Positions 62,260 to 64,000 of a DNA stretch of 64,000 nt are shown piece after piece. Position numbers and translations under genes: made by a program. The notes beneath the pieces are model-generated. The model ran no database searches. It was not told where the DNA came from and worked only from the letters and a program-made list of their open reading frames with translations. The first letter of the stretch is position 1. Every line of letters begins with the position of its first letter. Where the stretch lies: the NCBI GenBank assembly GCA_965287045.1, contig OZ336870.1, positions 164,176,001 through 164,240,000 on the forward strand, given 5' to 3'. This DNA comes from Carcharhinus amblyrhynchos. Lineage: Eukaryota.

Positions 62260-62965
62260 TAAGGCAATGGGGATGCACAAGAGGCCACAGTTGGAAGACT
62301 GCGGAATTCTCGGAGAGTTGTATGATATTCATAGGCACCTTTTTCTTTCTGTAGAACAACAGTGAGTTCCAGTTAAGTTCAGATGAAACACCAGACCAAG
62401 AAACTCCATTGGAGGTGAGAACAAATCTTTATTTTGCAGCTGTTTTAACTCCTGTCTCAGTCGAGTTTGCTTTCTTCGGAATTTTGTAATCCCATTATTG
62501 AACAAGGGATTAACAAAAAGGTCACGTTTCATCATGCGCATGTCCTGTCCACTTAATATTTAAACTAGAGTTATTGGGAAAACCCTGCCCGGAATGCCAT
62601 TTGAAGGTTAAATGGGTACAAATTCATCTGAGCCCATTTTTATCAAGCCATTGGAAAAGTAAGTTGATTGTGTGGAGAAAAGCCAGTTGCAGATTTGCTA
62701 TGTGCCTGTTCCCACAGCTATTGAAAACCAGCTTCATCCTGTGTCTGTATGTCTGTGGGTCACACGTTGAGTTTGCTTCTCTGCAATGATTTGACATTGA
62801 CGTTATTGGAAACTTATGGTCAAACTATAATTTGGCAATGAACTCCAAAAGAAAGCAGAAATGCTAGTTAAGTGTAAAGCACAACATTTTAATCAGTGAG
62901 GTGCAAGACTACAGAAAGGCTCTGTTCAATGAAGGAGCTGATAGTTCTCCAAGCCCCATGTACAA

Positions 62966-63509
62966 AACACCAGGTTAAACTCCAACAGGTTTTTTGGAAT
63001 CACGAGCTTTCGGAGCACTGCTTCTTTATCAGGTGAGTCGAGAGGTATATTTCACAAACAGGGCATATATAAACAAAGGCACAATTGCAAGGTAATGGTT
63101 GGAATGCGAGTCTTTTCAGGTAATCAAGTCTTTACAGGTACAGGCAGTGTGAACGGAGAGAGGGATAATCACAGGTTAAAGAGGTATGAATTGTCTCAAG
63201 CTGATCCTACTAACTGTCCTGGCTTGAGACAATTAACACCTCTTTAACCTGTGATTATCCCTCTCTACACTCGCACTGCCTGTACCTGTAAAGACTTGAT
63301 TGCCCGAAAAGACTCACATTCCAACCATTATCTTGCAATTGTGTCTTTGTCGATGTATGCTGTGTTTGTGAAACCTACCTCTCCACTCACCTGATGAAGG
63401 AGCAGCACTTTGAAAGCTCGTGATTCCAAATAAACCTGTTGGATTTTAACCTGGTGTTGTCAGACTTCTTACTGTGCCCACCCCAGTCAAACGCCAGCAT
63501 CTCCACATC
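62966..63509. mobile_element. Penelope-like remnant as a long inverted repeat (~236-bp arms, ~20-nt spacer)
   Basis: 62966-63201 vs 63222-63458 are reverse complements; same family as 55321-55528. Confidence 0.75.
63387..63423 (+). ncRNA. Minimal hammerhead ribozyme motif with weakened stem II
   Basis: UCAC CUGAUGA A GGAG cagca CUUU GAAA GCUC GUGA; core intact, stem II has two G-U pairs. Confidence 0.6.
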
Positions 63510-63665
63510 AGCATACACAGAGACAGATGAAATTGTGACCTTCGCACTAAGGCATGGTAGAGTGAGTTTTGTGAGTGCGGAATATTTCCCATGAGTTTGG
63601 AGAGCAAACACAGCGTCACTGCCGTATTACTGCTAATCGCTGAAATGATTATTTTTCTGCTTCAG

Positions 63666-63722
63666 GTATCTTCCAAATATAAGCACCTGAGCAGCCTCTG
63701 CAACGCAATGTTTCATCAGATG
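63666..63722 (+). CDS. Probable small exon of the coiled-coil gene (VSSKYKHLSSLCNAMFHQM)
   Basis: Strong acceptor atttttctgcttcag|GTA, branch-like tgctaat upstream, donor ATG|gtaagt, 57 nt open, phase 0/0. No homology support. Confidence 0.6.
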
Positions 63723-63804
63723 GTAAGTTCAGATTCTGATAGTTACTCTGTGGGTAGTTAGTTAATTGCAGTTCAGAAGCTCTAGGAAAATAAAGCATAA
63801 ATTG

Positions 63805-64000
63805 ATTTTTTTGTTATTTGTTCAAGGGATGTGGGTATCACTGGCTGGCCCAGTATTTATTGCCCATCCCTGAGGGCAATTAAGAGTTAACCACATTATT
63901 GTGGATCTGGACTCACATGTAGGCCAGGCCAGATAAGGATGACAGACTTCCTTCCCTAAAGGATATTGGTGAACCAGATGGCTTTTTCTGACATTCGACA
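63805..64000 (-). mobile_element. SINE family C, 3' part (runs off the window)
   Basis: Similar to 29425-29620. Confidence 0.7.

Noticed and set aside
1-64000. Prokaryotic systems (CRISPR arrays, operons, defence systems)
   Set aside because: Sequence is intron-rich vertebrate DNA; no regularly spaced direct repeats with unique spacers and no dense ORFs.

Overview
Vertebrate genomic DNA, almost certainly from a shark (HE1/V-SINEs, Deu-domain SINEs, HER1/CR1 and Rex1 LINE fragments, Penelope-like elements). All supportable coding exons are on the + strand. The window holds the last four coding exons of a JAKMIP-family gene, probably JAKMIP1: 5262-5339, 10975-11178, 38381-38446 and 38720-38770, ending in the tail anchor FLFLFLFFSLAFILWP*. 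About 3 kb downstream, on the same strand, begins a very large uncharacterised coiled-coil gene with exons ~41978-44266, 47654-47820, 52366-52513, 58255-58974 and 63666-63722. Their splice phases are compatible, they give about 1127 codons, and the gene continues past the window; by position it is C4orf50-like. Main points of interest: (1) an alternative acceptor inside the transmembrane exon would remove the anchor and stop codon and link in frame to an exon at 41660 that abuts the giant ORF, suggesting a read-through or fusion system; (2) minimal hammerhead ribozymes sit in foldback Penelope remnants, one structurally intact; (3) RFX X-box motifs occur in unique intronic DNA; (4) there are several long hairpins and SINE/LINE tail partnerships. 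Repeat boundaries were read by eye and are approximate; family names come from recall, not database searches.
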